DNA of 64,000 nucleotides from Felis catus (taxonomy: Eukaryota). A model generated the notes under the pieces. It saw only the letters and a list, made by a program, of their open reading frames with translations, was not told where the DNA came from and did no database searches. The stretch lies in assembly GCF_018350175.1 (NCBI RefSeq), contig NC_058369.1, positions 13,578,001 to 13,642,000 of the forward strand, in the 5' to 3' direction. This document shows, one piece after another, positions 20,801-29,130 of the stretch. The position numbers and the translations under genes are program-made. Position 1 is the stretch's first letter; each line of letters starts with the position of its first letter.

Positions 20801-23322
20801 GCCAAGAGCGGCTGCGACCGGGTCTTGCTGCTGAGCTCAGCAGGTTGGTGGGTTCCATAGAGGCACTTGGCTGCTTCTGTGACCAGCTGGGCCTGGGAGT
20901 GCACCTTGGTCAGCCCGGTAGGCAGATGTGCTTGAGATTGGACCTTTACTGCTCCTGTGGCCAGATGTGCCTGGGACTGTGCTTTGGTCAGACATGTGCC
21001 CAGATGTGCAAAGGATGGGGTCTTGGTCAGCTTGGCAGATGGACGTGCCTGGGACAGGGCCTTGGACGGACATGGGCCCAGATGTGCCTGGGGCAGAGTC
21101 GCGGTCAATTCAGCAAGCAGCTGTCCCTGGGACGAGGCTGTGGTTGAACATGTGGCCAGCCGTTCCTGGGGCAGAGCTTTGGCCAGACATGTTCCCGCGG
21201 CCTTGGCCGGACGTGTGGCCGGCTCGCCCCGGGGTAGGACCACAGCTGTTTCTACAGGCACATACGCCTGGGATTGAACCTTCATGACATCGGTCCTCAG
21301 GTGTGTCTGTAATGAGGACTTGTTCCTGTCCTCAGTCACTTTTGCCCATGGCGAAGCCCTGGGCGTTTCAACGGCCAGACTGGTGTTGGATACTGTTTCC
21401 GTTTTCACCTGTTTCTGGGAGAAGGTCTTGAGTTTTTCAGCTTCTAAAGGAGGCCTGGCTGGAGCCTTGGGAGTCCCAGCCCCCAGATGTGGTGGGGGAA
21501 AGTATTTGACCTTTCCCTCAGGCAAGGATGAGTGGGATGAGATCTTGACCATCCCTGTTGTCTGCTTTGCATCCACCACAGCCTTGGCCTTTGGTCCGTT
21601 CAGATACGTGGGGGATGAGGTGTTGGGAACTCCGGCTGCTGCTGCCGCTGGAGGTGAAGACTTCAAATTTCCAGCTGTTGGAGGTGGCAGGCACAGGGTC
21701 CTGATGATGGCAGCCACCGAGCGGAATTGGGCTGGGGTTTTGGTGACCATGGCCGCCAGACGGGTCTGGGGAGGTGTCTTGGCCACCGCCGGCACCGGGC
21801 ATGTCTGGGGCGGAGTCTTGGTCATTGCGGCCACAGGGCGCGTCTGGGTTGGGGGCTTGATCATTGAGGCTAACAGGCATATCTGTGGTGAGATCTTGGC
21901 CATCATGGCTGCCGGTCGTGTCTGGGGTGAAGGGTTGGTTATCGAGGCTGTCGCTCGCATCTGGCTTGGGGTCTTGGATACCGGGGCTGCTGGGGATGGC
22001 TGGGGTGGGGTCTTGTTCACCATGGCTGCCAAGCAAGACTGTAATGGAGTCTTGGTCACTGTGGCTGGCTGGAATGTCTGGGGTGAAGTCTTAGCCACTG
22101 CAGCCACCGGGCATGTCTGGGGTGAGGCCTTGGCCACCGGGCCTACCTGGTACATCTGGGGTGGGGTCTTGGTTATTGTTGCCGTGGGCGTCGAGCATGG
22201 CTGGGGTGGGGTCTTGTTCATCATGGCTGCCAGGCAAGACTGGAGTGGGGTCTTGGTCATCGCGGCTGCTGGGTACATCGGGGTTGGGGTCTTGGTCATC
22301 CGGGCCGCTGGGTACATCTGGGGTGGGGCCTTGGCTACTGTTCCCGTGGGCACTACACACGGCTGGGGCGGGGTCTTGGTTATCACAGGTGCTGGGCCTG
22401 TCTGGGGTGGGGCTTTGAAGACCTCTGCTTCCATGTGGTCCTGGGTCTGGGTCTTGAGTGATCCGTGAACTGCCGGGGCAGACCTGACAGGTGGTGGTGG
22501 CCCGGAGGCTCCTGACTTGCTGGCTCTGGCAGTTCCTTGCTTGGTCTTCACTGTGTCCCCTTCTACATGGACAAGGCAGGAATTTCTGACGGTTCTTGTC
22601 AGCAGGCATGGGCGGCACTTTGCATCTAGGCTCACTGGACATGGAAGTCTGATGGCCACGGTCTGGTGTGGTAGGAAGGTGACGTTGGGGCCTCCAATGG
22701 TACAAGGGACCCGTATGCCCGGCTGTGGAGTACTCTGGGTCTGCAGGAGGACCAGCTGGTGGGTGCAGGCAGCCAGGCTGTCGGAGGAAGGGAACTGGGT
22801 CTCTTTGCTCACCATGATGGGCTGAGCCAGAGGGGACTTGCTCTCTCCTGGATGCTGGAACCGCACCTGCTGGGGGGGGTGGTAAGGGATGTCCCCCTCC
22901 TCCACGCTCACTTTTTTCTCCACCGACTTGCCAGACCGGAGGAGACGCTTGGTGTTGAAGTGTCGCCAGGCCTCCTGGATGGCCTTGGCTGCCGTCATCT
23001 GGGAGATCAGCTTTTGCCGGAGCCGGTAGCCTCTCCAGTTGGCTTGGATGAGGGTGGCTGCACGGGACAGCATCATGTCCATCTCATCTACCAGGATGTT
23101 CTTGAAGGCCTGGCTCTCAACCACAGCCCGGAGGCGTGGGATGTGATGAGTCGCCTTCTTGTCCTTGTCCAGATCTTGCGGAAGGCTCTCCTTGGAACCA
23201 AGTGGCTCATGCTGAGGTTTTGGACGCAGTGTCCGTGCTTTGTCTTGGAGATTGGGGTCGGACTGGGGCTGGTACAAGCTCTGCCCATTGGGTGATAACT
23301 GGGGCTGCGTTGCTTGCTGCAT
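11875..23322 (-). CDS. IQCN: IQ motif containing N (KIAA1683), main ORF: 3815 aa from ATG 23322 if unspliced, 1428 aa if 12802-19962 is spliced out
   Basis: Contains PRLRAVVESQAFKNILVDEMDMM..AATLIQANWRGY and C-terminal IQ motifs (IQARTRGYLARR, IQAAWRGYRVRR, IQAVWRGF, IQSAWRGF, LQATWRGHHTR), matching recalled human KIAA1683. Exon acceptor cttcacAG| at 23354-23353; TAG at 11877-11875. The start codon is uncertain (see frameshift finding). Confidence 0.92.
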   Translation of the reverse strand: MQQATQPQLSPNGQSLYQPQSDPNLQDKARTLRPKPQHEPLGSKESLPQDLDKDKKATHHIPRLRAVVESQAFKNILVDEMDMMLSRAATLIQANWRGYRLRQKLISQMTAAKAIQEAWRHFNTKRLLRSGKSVEKKVSVEEGDIPYHPPQQVRFQHPGESKSPLAQPIMVSKETQFPSSDSLAACTHQLVLLQTQSTPQPGIRVPCTIGGPNVTFLPHQTVAIRLPCPVSLDAKCRPCLLTRTVRNSCLVHVEGDTVKTKQGTARASKSGASGPPPPVRSAPAVHGSLKTQTQDHMEAEVFKAPPQTGPAPVITKTPPQPCVVPTGTVAKAPPQMYPAARMTKTPTPMYPAAAMTKTPLQSCLAAMMNKTPPQPCSTPTATITKTPPQMYQVGPVAKASPQTCPVAAVAKTSPQTFQPATVTKTPLQSCLAAMVNKTPPQPSPAAPVSKTPSQMRATASITNPSPQTRPAAMMAKISPQICLLASMIKPPTQTRPVAAMTKTPPQTCPVPAVAKTPPQTRLAAMVTKTPAQFRSVAAIIRTLCLPPPTAGNLKSSPPAAAAAGVPNTSSPTYLNGPKAKAVVDAKQTTGMVKISSHSSLPEGKVKYFPPPHLGAGTPKAPARPPLEAEKLKTFSQKQVKTETVSNTSLAVETPRASPWAKVTEDRNKSSLQTHLRTDVMKVQSQAYVPVETAVVLPRGEPATRPAKAAGTCLAKALPQERLATCSTTASSQGQLLAELTATLPQAHLGPCPSKALSQARPSAKLTKTPSFAHLGTCLTKAQSQAHLATGAVKVQSQAHLPTGLTKVHSQAQLVTEAAKCLYGTHQPAELSSKTRSQPLLAGFRASSQPCHHVGALGTLPRAKPEDRLTRIQPHSHAQGKATQGPCQGSSETQSMLMPLSASARHPTCNIESWGDSGATRAQPSMAGPATPCQEELAASQLASLCAELAAELGSQEDLRALLAKALSQGQVRAALNQALTKKVLGATMTKALPQGMLGTALMKVLSWGELGIALSCTLTPTELRAKLAKAKQGKLAGVLSKALTEEEWAALSQALCQGELGAVLSQSLSQAALRTGVVLPKATSQTAGSRMTMMPTPVEVGSPSAAWGPTLGLVRPQPSKVRVPQDGAWEGFFTGRPAGFLAEMGDGAMLGGSPCSSVVSMGASLTSRVITTVHQYLLIAALDPTPSRERGPSRDSSSNLYLNPEVSEETVCLPPAAGELASDLNPVESDTGPDLPRPPLLQLPPRLWQPLIVNGVGPSTSQPSVAGGTAQSSHKPHVSRVAPHPWASSREGRVAPAMPPRTVGGGKASHSHRCVAAYGGSVCWCRPSGVNKVPPGVYRSSATKVPRQPSVVREDAVQKTQSSNHKRASPDPRERIGKATSGPRRAATVSKAPLAQPQTPEACDISLGLLPGSAAPGHRWALKTQVDPSVFQASPGSRLAHPLPGTAIPRQERKRTEGTTSRGHCPREQVTGRILNELVAGLPQGLDNDLSGSLSPDSTDCGPNVSNSQSSLPSCSSLSLSTMSVTSLTAIDLAEEESLEASLDRDIRVDALLSGEAEGGPQGPGDREETREVSWPHTTPNLHHPPSAGSEPMPILHHSSVSGHVTLSVHWGSDDPDERDVSSGQSSMDLKKSLSRKSYRTGLTRSVSLGNVAPTVYQQPSGASRLTSSLSLPSVADNMAPNPQQPFKVSRVTPSLSESSMTTKVTPSLAQPSVTGGVAPNMDQASVASRVTPNLAQPSVTGGVAPNIDQASVTGKVAPSLAQPSGTSGVAPNLAQASVTSSVAPSLAQPSVTGGVAPSLSEASVTSGVAPSLAQPSVTGGTASNLAQASVTSNVAPSLAQPSITSGVALNLAQPSVTGAVAPELAQPSVIGRVAPILAQLSVTSGTAPNLAQASVISVVAPSLAQSSVTSVVAPNLAWPSLTSVVAPNLAQASMTGGVAPSLAQPSVTGGVAPSLAQPPVTSGVAPNLTQPSVTGAMAPNLAQPSMTGRVVPRLAQPSVTSGVAPNLAQASVISGVAPSLAQPSVTSGVSPNLAQPSMTSAVAPNISWSSVTSMVAPNLAQASLTSGVAPSLARPSTTSGVAPSLAQPPVTSVVTPSLAQPSVTGRVASNLAQPSMTSVMAPSLAQPSVTSGVAPNLAQASVISGVAPSLAQPSVTSGVSPNLAQPSMTSAVAPNISWSSVTSMVAPNLAQASLTSGVAPSLARPSMTSGVAPSLAQPPVTSVVTPSLAQPSVTGRVASNLAQPSMTSVMAPSLAQPSVTSGVAPNLAQPPVTSVVTSSLAQPSVTRGMAPNLMQASVTSRVVPSLTQLPVTGGMAPSLAWPSVTSGMAPNLMQASVTGRMAPSLTLLPMTGGVAPSLAQPPVTSVVTSSLTQPSVTGRVAPNLAQPSMTSVMAPSLAQPSVTSVVTSSLAQPSVTGRVAPNLAQPSMTSVMVPSLAQPSVTSGVALNLAQPPVTSVVTSSLAQPSVTSGMAPNLMQASVTSRVVPSLTPLPMTGGVAPSLAQPSVTSGVAPSLAQAPVATREPLSLFQPSVMSGTSCAVGQSSRPPKVGSNLPSSRVNAVAPSRRHPSVVTEVPPSASYPSGTSSMGQGLSQPSVTPGVDPCQDPVMVSGVASHPQAPEFSEVSLECHQPFSVRGRCPSRTAHSAVAVSAPNLYQVPVASGEDSCLDQGAGISPGALFRGMATSMSPGAMAAGMFPNMSRGTLAAGMFLSVCPGPVCPGIAGSVCQRSAVTGVGPDQFQVASGTPTASPGSVAGVPLVREQASEAGPGFSRASVPNRQGRSPFKFSQASVAPNISPVNVDLPTPLNHQHSSVSTIVAPGYQQANTVSQEPVMGTDNGLVPGAVANRMATAMAPGAVASGVAPSLPPGSVIRGVGQSLPPGPVISDVLPHLPPGYVVSGVAQTLPPGSVIYGISHSLPPGSVIRGMGQGLPPDPMASAVAQSFPLGSVASGMTRTLCPGSVAPSLIAASGAGGMRQSLPVRCAVSFTAPSLVPGSVASEVAPNVSPESVASIMVPASMAGGLNGGLVLGSRASAAGLPSTVGNVAQSLPQGSMLIRITPRPYYGSLAGEGSIAPFQASRAIGLAQLHPRAGEASGTTWRVHQRPTVLQRASQLSHALGMMPFETTDDQVMMKPEDLEKALSQASESSGESIVLEETPWMPHSLPSTDINHSLQVLPNGQKPLLEEVVPSETKSLTSGMAPVPPQALSIAKHWRAGGVTAALQQGSATTWGAPSSHFVTTSRVPSVYMESVRATGAPLAHQRATAAHGSQSPSVDLIVPQNPFVDHVPQSHAHEAGASTIVTGSPKLAHGSTITSSLHPGSVAGMGTPKTSQRSGAARVASHVPLYPPRVSGVASGGFQTEAVPRTHEKPASGDPAQTSRKFLGSRKSYRSVPGSLVSEMLDDKVARIVPSRDVREQAHRSSRQSPEHLPATPPAITPITRTEATHDMGIPGLHPEFRRVSLGYESSPGGSRRPLLIQEPTWGSRDFQSAVAPTDSPRALLTPAVLQGPADAVRAGGQARNSAVPSGAVGPVDGAVTPGGPWEPARASVPGDTVGREAAVNPRQPGKLMASMQVVEKIIIRAVVIIQARTRGYLARRAIKAWHQWAVIIQAAWRGYRVRRDLARLSRAATVIQAVWRGFCIRRGQTPPALLQGVWAEMGGRTGWTSDHRCFQSCQPHVCPLCQSLSPRAGSPPSVVMLVGSSPRTCHMCGHTLPTRVVHGMGRGARVQAGVPWGSGTQTIPGSPRQSRRQSEAAATIQSAWRGFSARRQLRQKQVAAKTLQATWRGHHTRATLTTDALLGPAAWDDPQYMQWPGV
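12802..19962 (-). other. IQCN: Stop-free, in-frame GT-AG segment (exitron or retained intron) within IQCN
   Basis: Donor AAG|GTCAGG at 19962, acceptor gtactccAG|GGC at 12803-12802; 7161 nt = 2387 codons, phase 0, no stop. Confidence 0.7.
15760..18260 (-). repeat. Coding minisatellite, 39-nt unit encoding 13 aa (~TSGVAPSLAQPSV), roughly 60-65 copies
   Basis: Plus-strand unit ~ccactggtcacagatggctgggctaggctgggggccacc repeated in tandem with substitutions while the reading frame is kept. Confidence 0.95.
21700..22420 (-). repeat. Degenerate 13-aa coding repeat (KTPPQxxPxAxxT) in IQCN
   Basis: About 17 units, e.g. KAPPQMYPAARMT, KTPLQSCLAAMMN, KTPPQTCPVPAVA. Confidence 0.85.
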
Positions 23323-23824
23323 TGTCTTTCTTCTTGAGCAGGTCAGCTCTGCCTGTGAAGGGTGGCAAGGAGGTAGGTGGTCAGGGAGTGGGGTCAGGCA
23401 GGCAAGAGGTCTCCTTGCTGCAGCAAGCACTCCAGGACCTACCTCTTCCTGTTCTTGGCGCCTCACGATCTTCCTCCTCTCCTTTGCAAGCCCTCTTTCT
23501 CCTGGCCACCTACCGCGGTGGCCTTTGGTACCTATGTCTCCCTCATCATCCTGTGGCCACTTCAATGCTGGCACAGTGCACCCGCTCGGTTAAATGTCCA
23601 ACCACCTTCTTGCTTTTTGAACTTCCTTTATATCTGGAACATAGTGTGAATATAGCACTGATCACACTATTTTGGAAAATTTCTGGGGTGTGTGTGTGTG
23701 TGTGTGTGTTATTTTTTGCCTCTCCCCATTTACTATGAATTCCTAGAAGGCTAGAACCAAGTCTGAGTCATTTCTGAGTCCCCATCTCGGTCACAGGGCC
23801 TGGTTTCAGGCTGCGAGCAGGTGA

Positions 23825-24300
23825 GTGTTGGGTGGGTGGCTACATTAATAAATGAGTGGTTGAGTGGACTGGAAGTTGGGCAGATAGGTGGACGAATGAC
23901 TAGATACGGAAGGGATAAATCTGGATAAATGAATGGCGAGTGGGTTGGAAAGATGGATAAAGGGTTGTGTGGAAGAATAAATCGGTAAATGAAATTGATG
24001 AATGAATTGATCAACAGATCAACAAATAAGGAAATGGACACATGGATGGATGGATGGATGGATGGATGGATGGGAGGGGAGAGAGAAGGAGGGAGGAATG
24101 GACGGATGGGTAGATGAATGAGTAGTGGATGGATGAAATCTGAGTAGATAAATGGGCGTATGAATGAAGAGAACTGAAGGAATTGAAGAGATCAATGAAC
24201 GGGAGGTAGACTGATGGCTGGATGGATCAGAGAATAGATGGTGGGTGAGTCATAGATGATGGGTAGATCAATGACAGATGGAAGGATGAGTAGAAGGACG
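23825..24300. repeat. Degenerate (TGGA)n simple repeat in the IQCN intron
   Basis: tggatggatgga runs. Related tracts at 26060-26130 and (TCCA)n at 42215-42300. Confidence 0.85.
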
Positions 24301-24470
24301 AGGGGGTGACTGCGGTTTTCAGAAGTACCTTGGTTCAGAGGGAGTTGGGATATTGCCAAGCAGCCCTGATGCGTAACCTGGAGCACAATACACTTGTCTG
24401 GCAGAAGCCCCCTCACATCCCTGCCATCTGGTGGGAGCAGCCAGATTTCTTTTCCCAGCCATCTACATAC

Positions 24471-24483
24471 CTTGAAGGGCCAT
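24471..24483 (-). CDS. IQCN: IQCN start-codon exon (ATG GCC CTT CAA G = MALQG)
   Basis: Donor AAG|GTATGT at 24470. Splicing to 23352 gives MALQGRADL...PVITQWA..PAP, resembling recalled human MTLQGRADL...PVVTQWA..PAP. Confidence 0.75.
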
Positions 24484-24747
24484 AGAGTTGGCGAAGGAGC
24501 AGGAGGAGAAGGTGCAATCTCAGAAGCCAACTTGTAAGAGGAAGCAGCCTTCATTCAGCCCTTCATCTCATGCAACGTGCAGCAACACTGCCCTGGGCTG
24601 GCTCTGACCTCAAGACCAACATGAGAAGAAATGTTAAAAAGCAGACAAACAAAATCCCCAAACCCTAGCATCTCAAAACAAAAATCAAAGACTTTTCATT
24701 CCACAAAGATGAATGTACAGAGAAGTTCATTCTAGTGTTATTCGGGG

Positions 24748-24956
24748 TTTTTTAATGTTTGTTTATCTTGAGAGACGGAGAGAGAAAGAGTGCGTGCGAG
24801 CAGGGGAGGGGCAGAGGGGGACAGAGAGAATCCCAAGCAGGCTCCATGCTCTCAGCACAGAGCGTGACCCAGGGCTCAATCTAATGACTGTGAGATCGTG
24901 ACCTGAGCTGAAATCAAGAGTTGGACACTTAACTGACTGAGCCACCCAGGAGCCCC
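24748..24956 (-). mobile_element. Can-SINE
   Basis: Reverse-complement head ...gactgagccacccaggagcccc and tail tttttaatgtttgtttat. Confidence 0.9.
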
Positions 24957-25144
24957 TAATGTTATTTTGTACATATAAGCAAAACAGTTAGAGAGAACCA
25001 AAAAGGTGATTCCTAGGGGGTCAGTTACAAGTGCATAAAGGAAGATGTTCAAGGATGTTCATCACTGTATTGTTGAAGAAGAGTAAAAACTGAAAACCAC
25101 CCAAATGCTTATCAACAGGAGGCGGCTTAAATTACACAGAACAA

Positions 25145-25345
25145 GGGGGCCTGGGTGGCTCAGGTGATTAAGCGTCCGACTTCGGCTCAGGTCATGATCT
25201 CACGGTTCGTGGGTTCGAGCCCCGCCTTGGGCTCTGTGCTGACAGCTCGGAGCCTGGAGCCCGCTTCGGATTCTGTGTCTCCCTCTCTCTCTGCCCCTCT
25301 CCTGCTCGCTCGCTTTCTCTCAAAAATAAATAAACATTAAAAAAA
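25145..25345 (+). mobile_element. Can-SINE (felid type)
   Basis: gggggcctgggtggctcag head and ctctcaaaaataaataaacattaaaaaaa tail. Confidence 0.92.
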
Positions 25346-27459
25346 TTGTTTTAATTTACTCAGAACGTTCATACAGCGGTATGCAATCCAGCCATCAGAA
25401 AGGTGTCCAGATCCACAAAAAGGGCTCAAATTTAAAAGATGGACACAGCATGACCACTTGGGGAAACTGTCGGTATCTTGAAGGCGATTCATCAATTCCA
25501 CCCTGACATTTACACTCAAGAGGTCCACGTGTTCATTACACTCACCCCAAACCAGAAACCGTCCAAAGGCCCATCAACAGAAGACTTAAATTCAACCATA
25601 TCAGTAATTGATATAATAGACCAAACACTCTAAGACAGAGATGATCGAAATAGATTTGTTTTCAAAGACCCACGCGCTGCCTCCTTTCACAATGAATGTT
25701 GTAGCGTCACCTATGTAATGGCTTGAATGTCCTGCCCCAGCCCGGTGTTCACCCCAGCCCCAGGACAGGCTGGACCCATTTCAGGACAAGCATCAGTGTG
25801 AACTGAATCATAACGGCAAATGGGCCCGAGGCTGGTTCTCCTGGAGGTGGGTACAGTCATTGTCCCCATTTCACAGAGGAGAAACCTGAGGCCCGGAGAA
25901 GCCAATATACCACATTTCTTATTTCTTTGTTATTTCTGATTTGCCTCCCCACCAATTAACTATGAGCTGCCCATGGGTAGGGATGTCTGCCTATTTTTTT
26001 TGCTGTTGAACCCCCAGTGCCTAGAATAGTACATACAATAGGTGCTCAACAGATGTTTATGGATAGATGCATGGATGGATGGATGGACGGATGGATGGAT
26101 GAATGGATGGATAGATAGATGGATGGATGAAGCCCAAGCTTCAGAACTTGGAGAGAGCAGCTTCAGGATCTGAAACGGCCTATCCCAGAGTCTGGGGTTT
26201 CATCAGCCATATGGGTCAGCCCTTTCAGTGAGCTCAATCAAAATGAGTGAACAGACAACAGAGTGAGAGGAGACAGGAAAAAGGAAAGGGGCCCCCAGAC
26301 ATGTAAGCTGAGCTGGCTTGGAAATTTTGAGTAAACCCCTCTGAGCCTCAGTTTCCCTGTCATGCAAGCTAAGACCACTTTCCCGGCCTCCCAAGAAACG
26401 TGATAGGCTCTCCAGGCTGGGACCCCAGGCAGACAAACCCACCATCAGGTTTTGGGGGGCGCCGAGCGCCCCTGGTCTGAGGGACTGAAAAGCTGACCCA
26501 CTTCTTGGAGTGGCCTGGAGAGTCCAAGGGGACTCTGAGGATGCTGGAGGCCAGGGGAGAACAGCCCAGTCTCCGTGTTACCCCCCCCCCAAACCCTCCA
26601 CCAGCCCCACTCACCTGCCCTTGAAGCTGAACCGACCAGCCCGAATGGCCAGCCTTGGGGCCCTGGTACCACAATGGCTTTGTGACTCACAGCCAAGTTC
26701 CAGCCAATCCCCACCAGCTCCTCCTGGGGAAAAGGGGTTCTAGAAGGCAGACCCAGTGTGGGGGCAGTACCTAGATCAGGGCTGAGGGTTTCCACATATT
26801 TCCTGCCTGTCCTGAACAGAAAATTAGAGCTCTGAGCACAGAGGGGAGCCCGAATTCTTCCCCTACACGTGTCTCAAGGCAGACTCAGTCTCACATACCT
26901 TGGGCATTTGTTGAGCACCTAAGTTTGTAGTGGGACCTCATCTGGGTCTGGGGACACAAACAACTCAAATAACTTGGGGGTGTGAAACTGCTAGGAAGGA
27001 ATCAAAGAGGGGGTGGATGGGCTGAGTCCCAGAGGAGAAGGGGTTAGTCACAGGAGAGCTGGGGGAAGGGCATCCCAGGTGGAGAACACAGCTTGGGCAA
27101 AGGCCCTGAGGCGGAAGAAGTTAGGCATGGTTAGGGAACGTGGCGGCTGATGTGGTTGGAGGCAAGGGAGAAGAGGGCCAGAGGTGGACGACAACTGAAT
27201 AGGGAGGAGTCAGAGAGGAGTACGGAGTTTGGGTTTTATCAAGAAGGTTCTGGGGAGCCATAAGAGGGGTCCAGAGCAAAGAAGACACTGCTGTTGTAAA
27301 AGGCCAGGGATTGTCTGTGTCTGGCTCTGAGGATAGGGGCTCCTTAGAGTGAAGCTAGGCCCAAGGTCCCTTGGGGTCCCCATACGGGCCTGGCAAAACC
27401 GGGTATTGACTCTGAGCCACAGTCCTGAAGGGGAAAGTGAGGCCACCGTCCCCATTCAC

Positions 27460-27620
27460 CTCCTGGGGCTGGGCTGATGCCCGGTGTGAATCACACTGCT
27501 GGCCGGGGCTGGGGCTGACACACACCTTGGCCTCGGCTCAGCAGGGTCCTGCCAAAGCCACACAGCCCGGCCCAGCAGCCTCTGCCTCGCTTCCCTGGGG
27601 GTTGCTGGGGAACAGCTTCC
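27460..27620 (-). promoter_or_regulatory. Candidate non-coding first exon/promoter of IQCN
   Basis: Donor-like GAG|GTGAAT at 27459; RFX X-box-like GTTCCCCAGCAAC (minus, 27613-27601); unique sequence roughly midway between JUND and the IQCN ATG exon. An alternative donor CAG|GTGAGT lies at 26614. Confidence 0.35.
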
Positions 27621-27929
27621 AAGGCCAGCTGGGTAGCTGAGGGAAGAAGTGTTATCAGGCTCCCAGCTGTGCAAAGGCCCTGAGGCCAGAAAAGAAAGAA
27701 GTAGTTTGGGGGGGGGGGGGTGCCTGGAGAGACACTGACCTCTCCAGGGCCAGATGCACTCAAGGACTTTTTTTTCCAGAAAGGTTTCAAGTATGGGGTC
27801 AGATCTGTGGTTTCCAACAAAGCCCCCCTGTCACATGCTGGTGAAAACATAGGGCCTCCTCTTAGACCCAAGGCTCCTGGGAGCCACGCAAGAGTCTAGG
27901 GTTCTAGCCCCTGCTCTGCCATCTAGCAG

Positions 27930-29130
27930 GGACGGGATACAGTAAGATATACTTGGCCTTCGTCCCTGGTCCCTGGCACTCTTCTCCTGAAACTCTCGGA
28001 ATCTCTGAGGGTGATAAGTGTCTTTTGTAAACTAAAAGATGAGTGATGGCTGGGGACTAACAGATAGCTTCAGGATGGGGGCTGGTCCCCAGAAAGACCA
28101 AGGCATTAGAGGGTTGGAACTTTCAGCCCCACCTGCCAGACCTCCTGGGAGGGAGGAGGGGCTGGAGATTGAACTAATCACCAAAGGTCAATGATCTAAC
28201 CATCATGCCTATGGAAAAAGACCACTGGGGTTCAGAGAGCTTTTTAGTTGGTGACCACGCGGAGGTACCGGGAGGGCGGCACACACAGAGGGCGTGGAAA
28301 CTCCACCCCCCTTCCCCTTGTATCTTGCCCTGTATATCTCCACCTGGCTCTTCCTGAGTTGTATCCTTTAAAATAGTCCAGTAATAGTAAATAAAGCACT
28401 TTCCTAGGCTCTTTGAGCTGTTCTGGCAAGTTATAAAAACTGGGGTGGGGGTCATGGAAACCCTTGGTTTCTAGCTGGTTGCTCAGATGTCCCAGGTGAC
28501 AACTTGGGGCTTGCACCTGGCATCTTTTTTTTTTTTTTTATGGTTACTCATTTTTTTTTTAATTTTTTTTCAACGTTTATTTATTTTTGGGACAGAGACA
28601 GAGCATGAATAGGCGAGGGGCAGAGAGAGAGGGAGACACAGAATCGGAAACAGGCTCCAGGCTCTGAGCCATCAGCCCAGAGCCCGACGCGGGGCTCGAA
28701 CTCACGGACCGCGAGATCGTGACCTGGCTGAAGTCAGACGCTTAACCGACTGCGCCACCCAGGCAGGCGCCCCCATGGTTACTCATTTTTGAGAGACAGG
28801 GCATGAGCAGGGGAGGGGCAAGGAGGAAGGGAGATACAGGATCCGAAGCAGGCTCCAGGCTCTGAGCTGTCAGCACAGAGCCCGATGCGGGGCTTGAACC
28901 CACCAACCGTGAGATTCAGACCCAAGTGGGAGCGACTAAGCCACCCAGGTGCCCCGTAACTGGCATCTTAAACGGGGATGGTCTTGTGGGACTAGGACCT
29001 TCACCTGTGGAGTCTGTGCTAACTCCAGGTAGTGTCAGAACCGAATTGCAGGGCACCTGGTGTCTAGAAAACCGAATTGGTTGGTGTGGGGAAAACCCCC
29101 CAACACATTTGACGTCAGGATTAGGAATAA
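27930..29130. mobile_element. Old LTR, MER21-like, interrupted by two nested SINEs
   Basis: gatagcttcaggatgggggctggt..ccagaaagaccaaggcattagagggttggaactttcagccccacc resembles recalled MER21 consensus; the sequence resumes after 28960. Boundaries approximate. Confidence 0.65.
28525..28956 (-). mobile_element. Can-SINE (28556-28774) nested inside a second Can-SINE
   Basis: Inner TSD atggttactcattttt (28540 and 28775); outer TSD ctggcatctt (~28517 and ~28960). Confidence 0.88.

Noticed and set aside
23353-23574. First ~74 residues of the 3899-aa ORF call
   Set aside because: Upstream of the acceptor at 23353 and starting at a non-ATG codon; most likely intronic.
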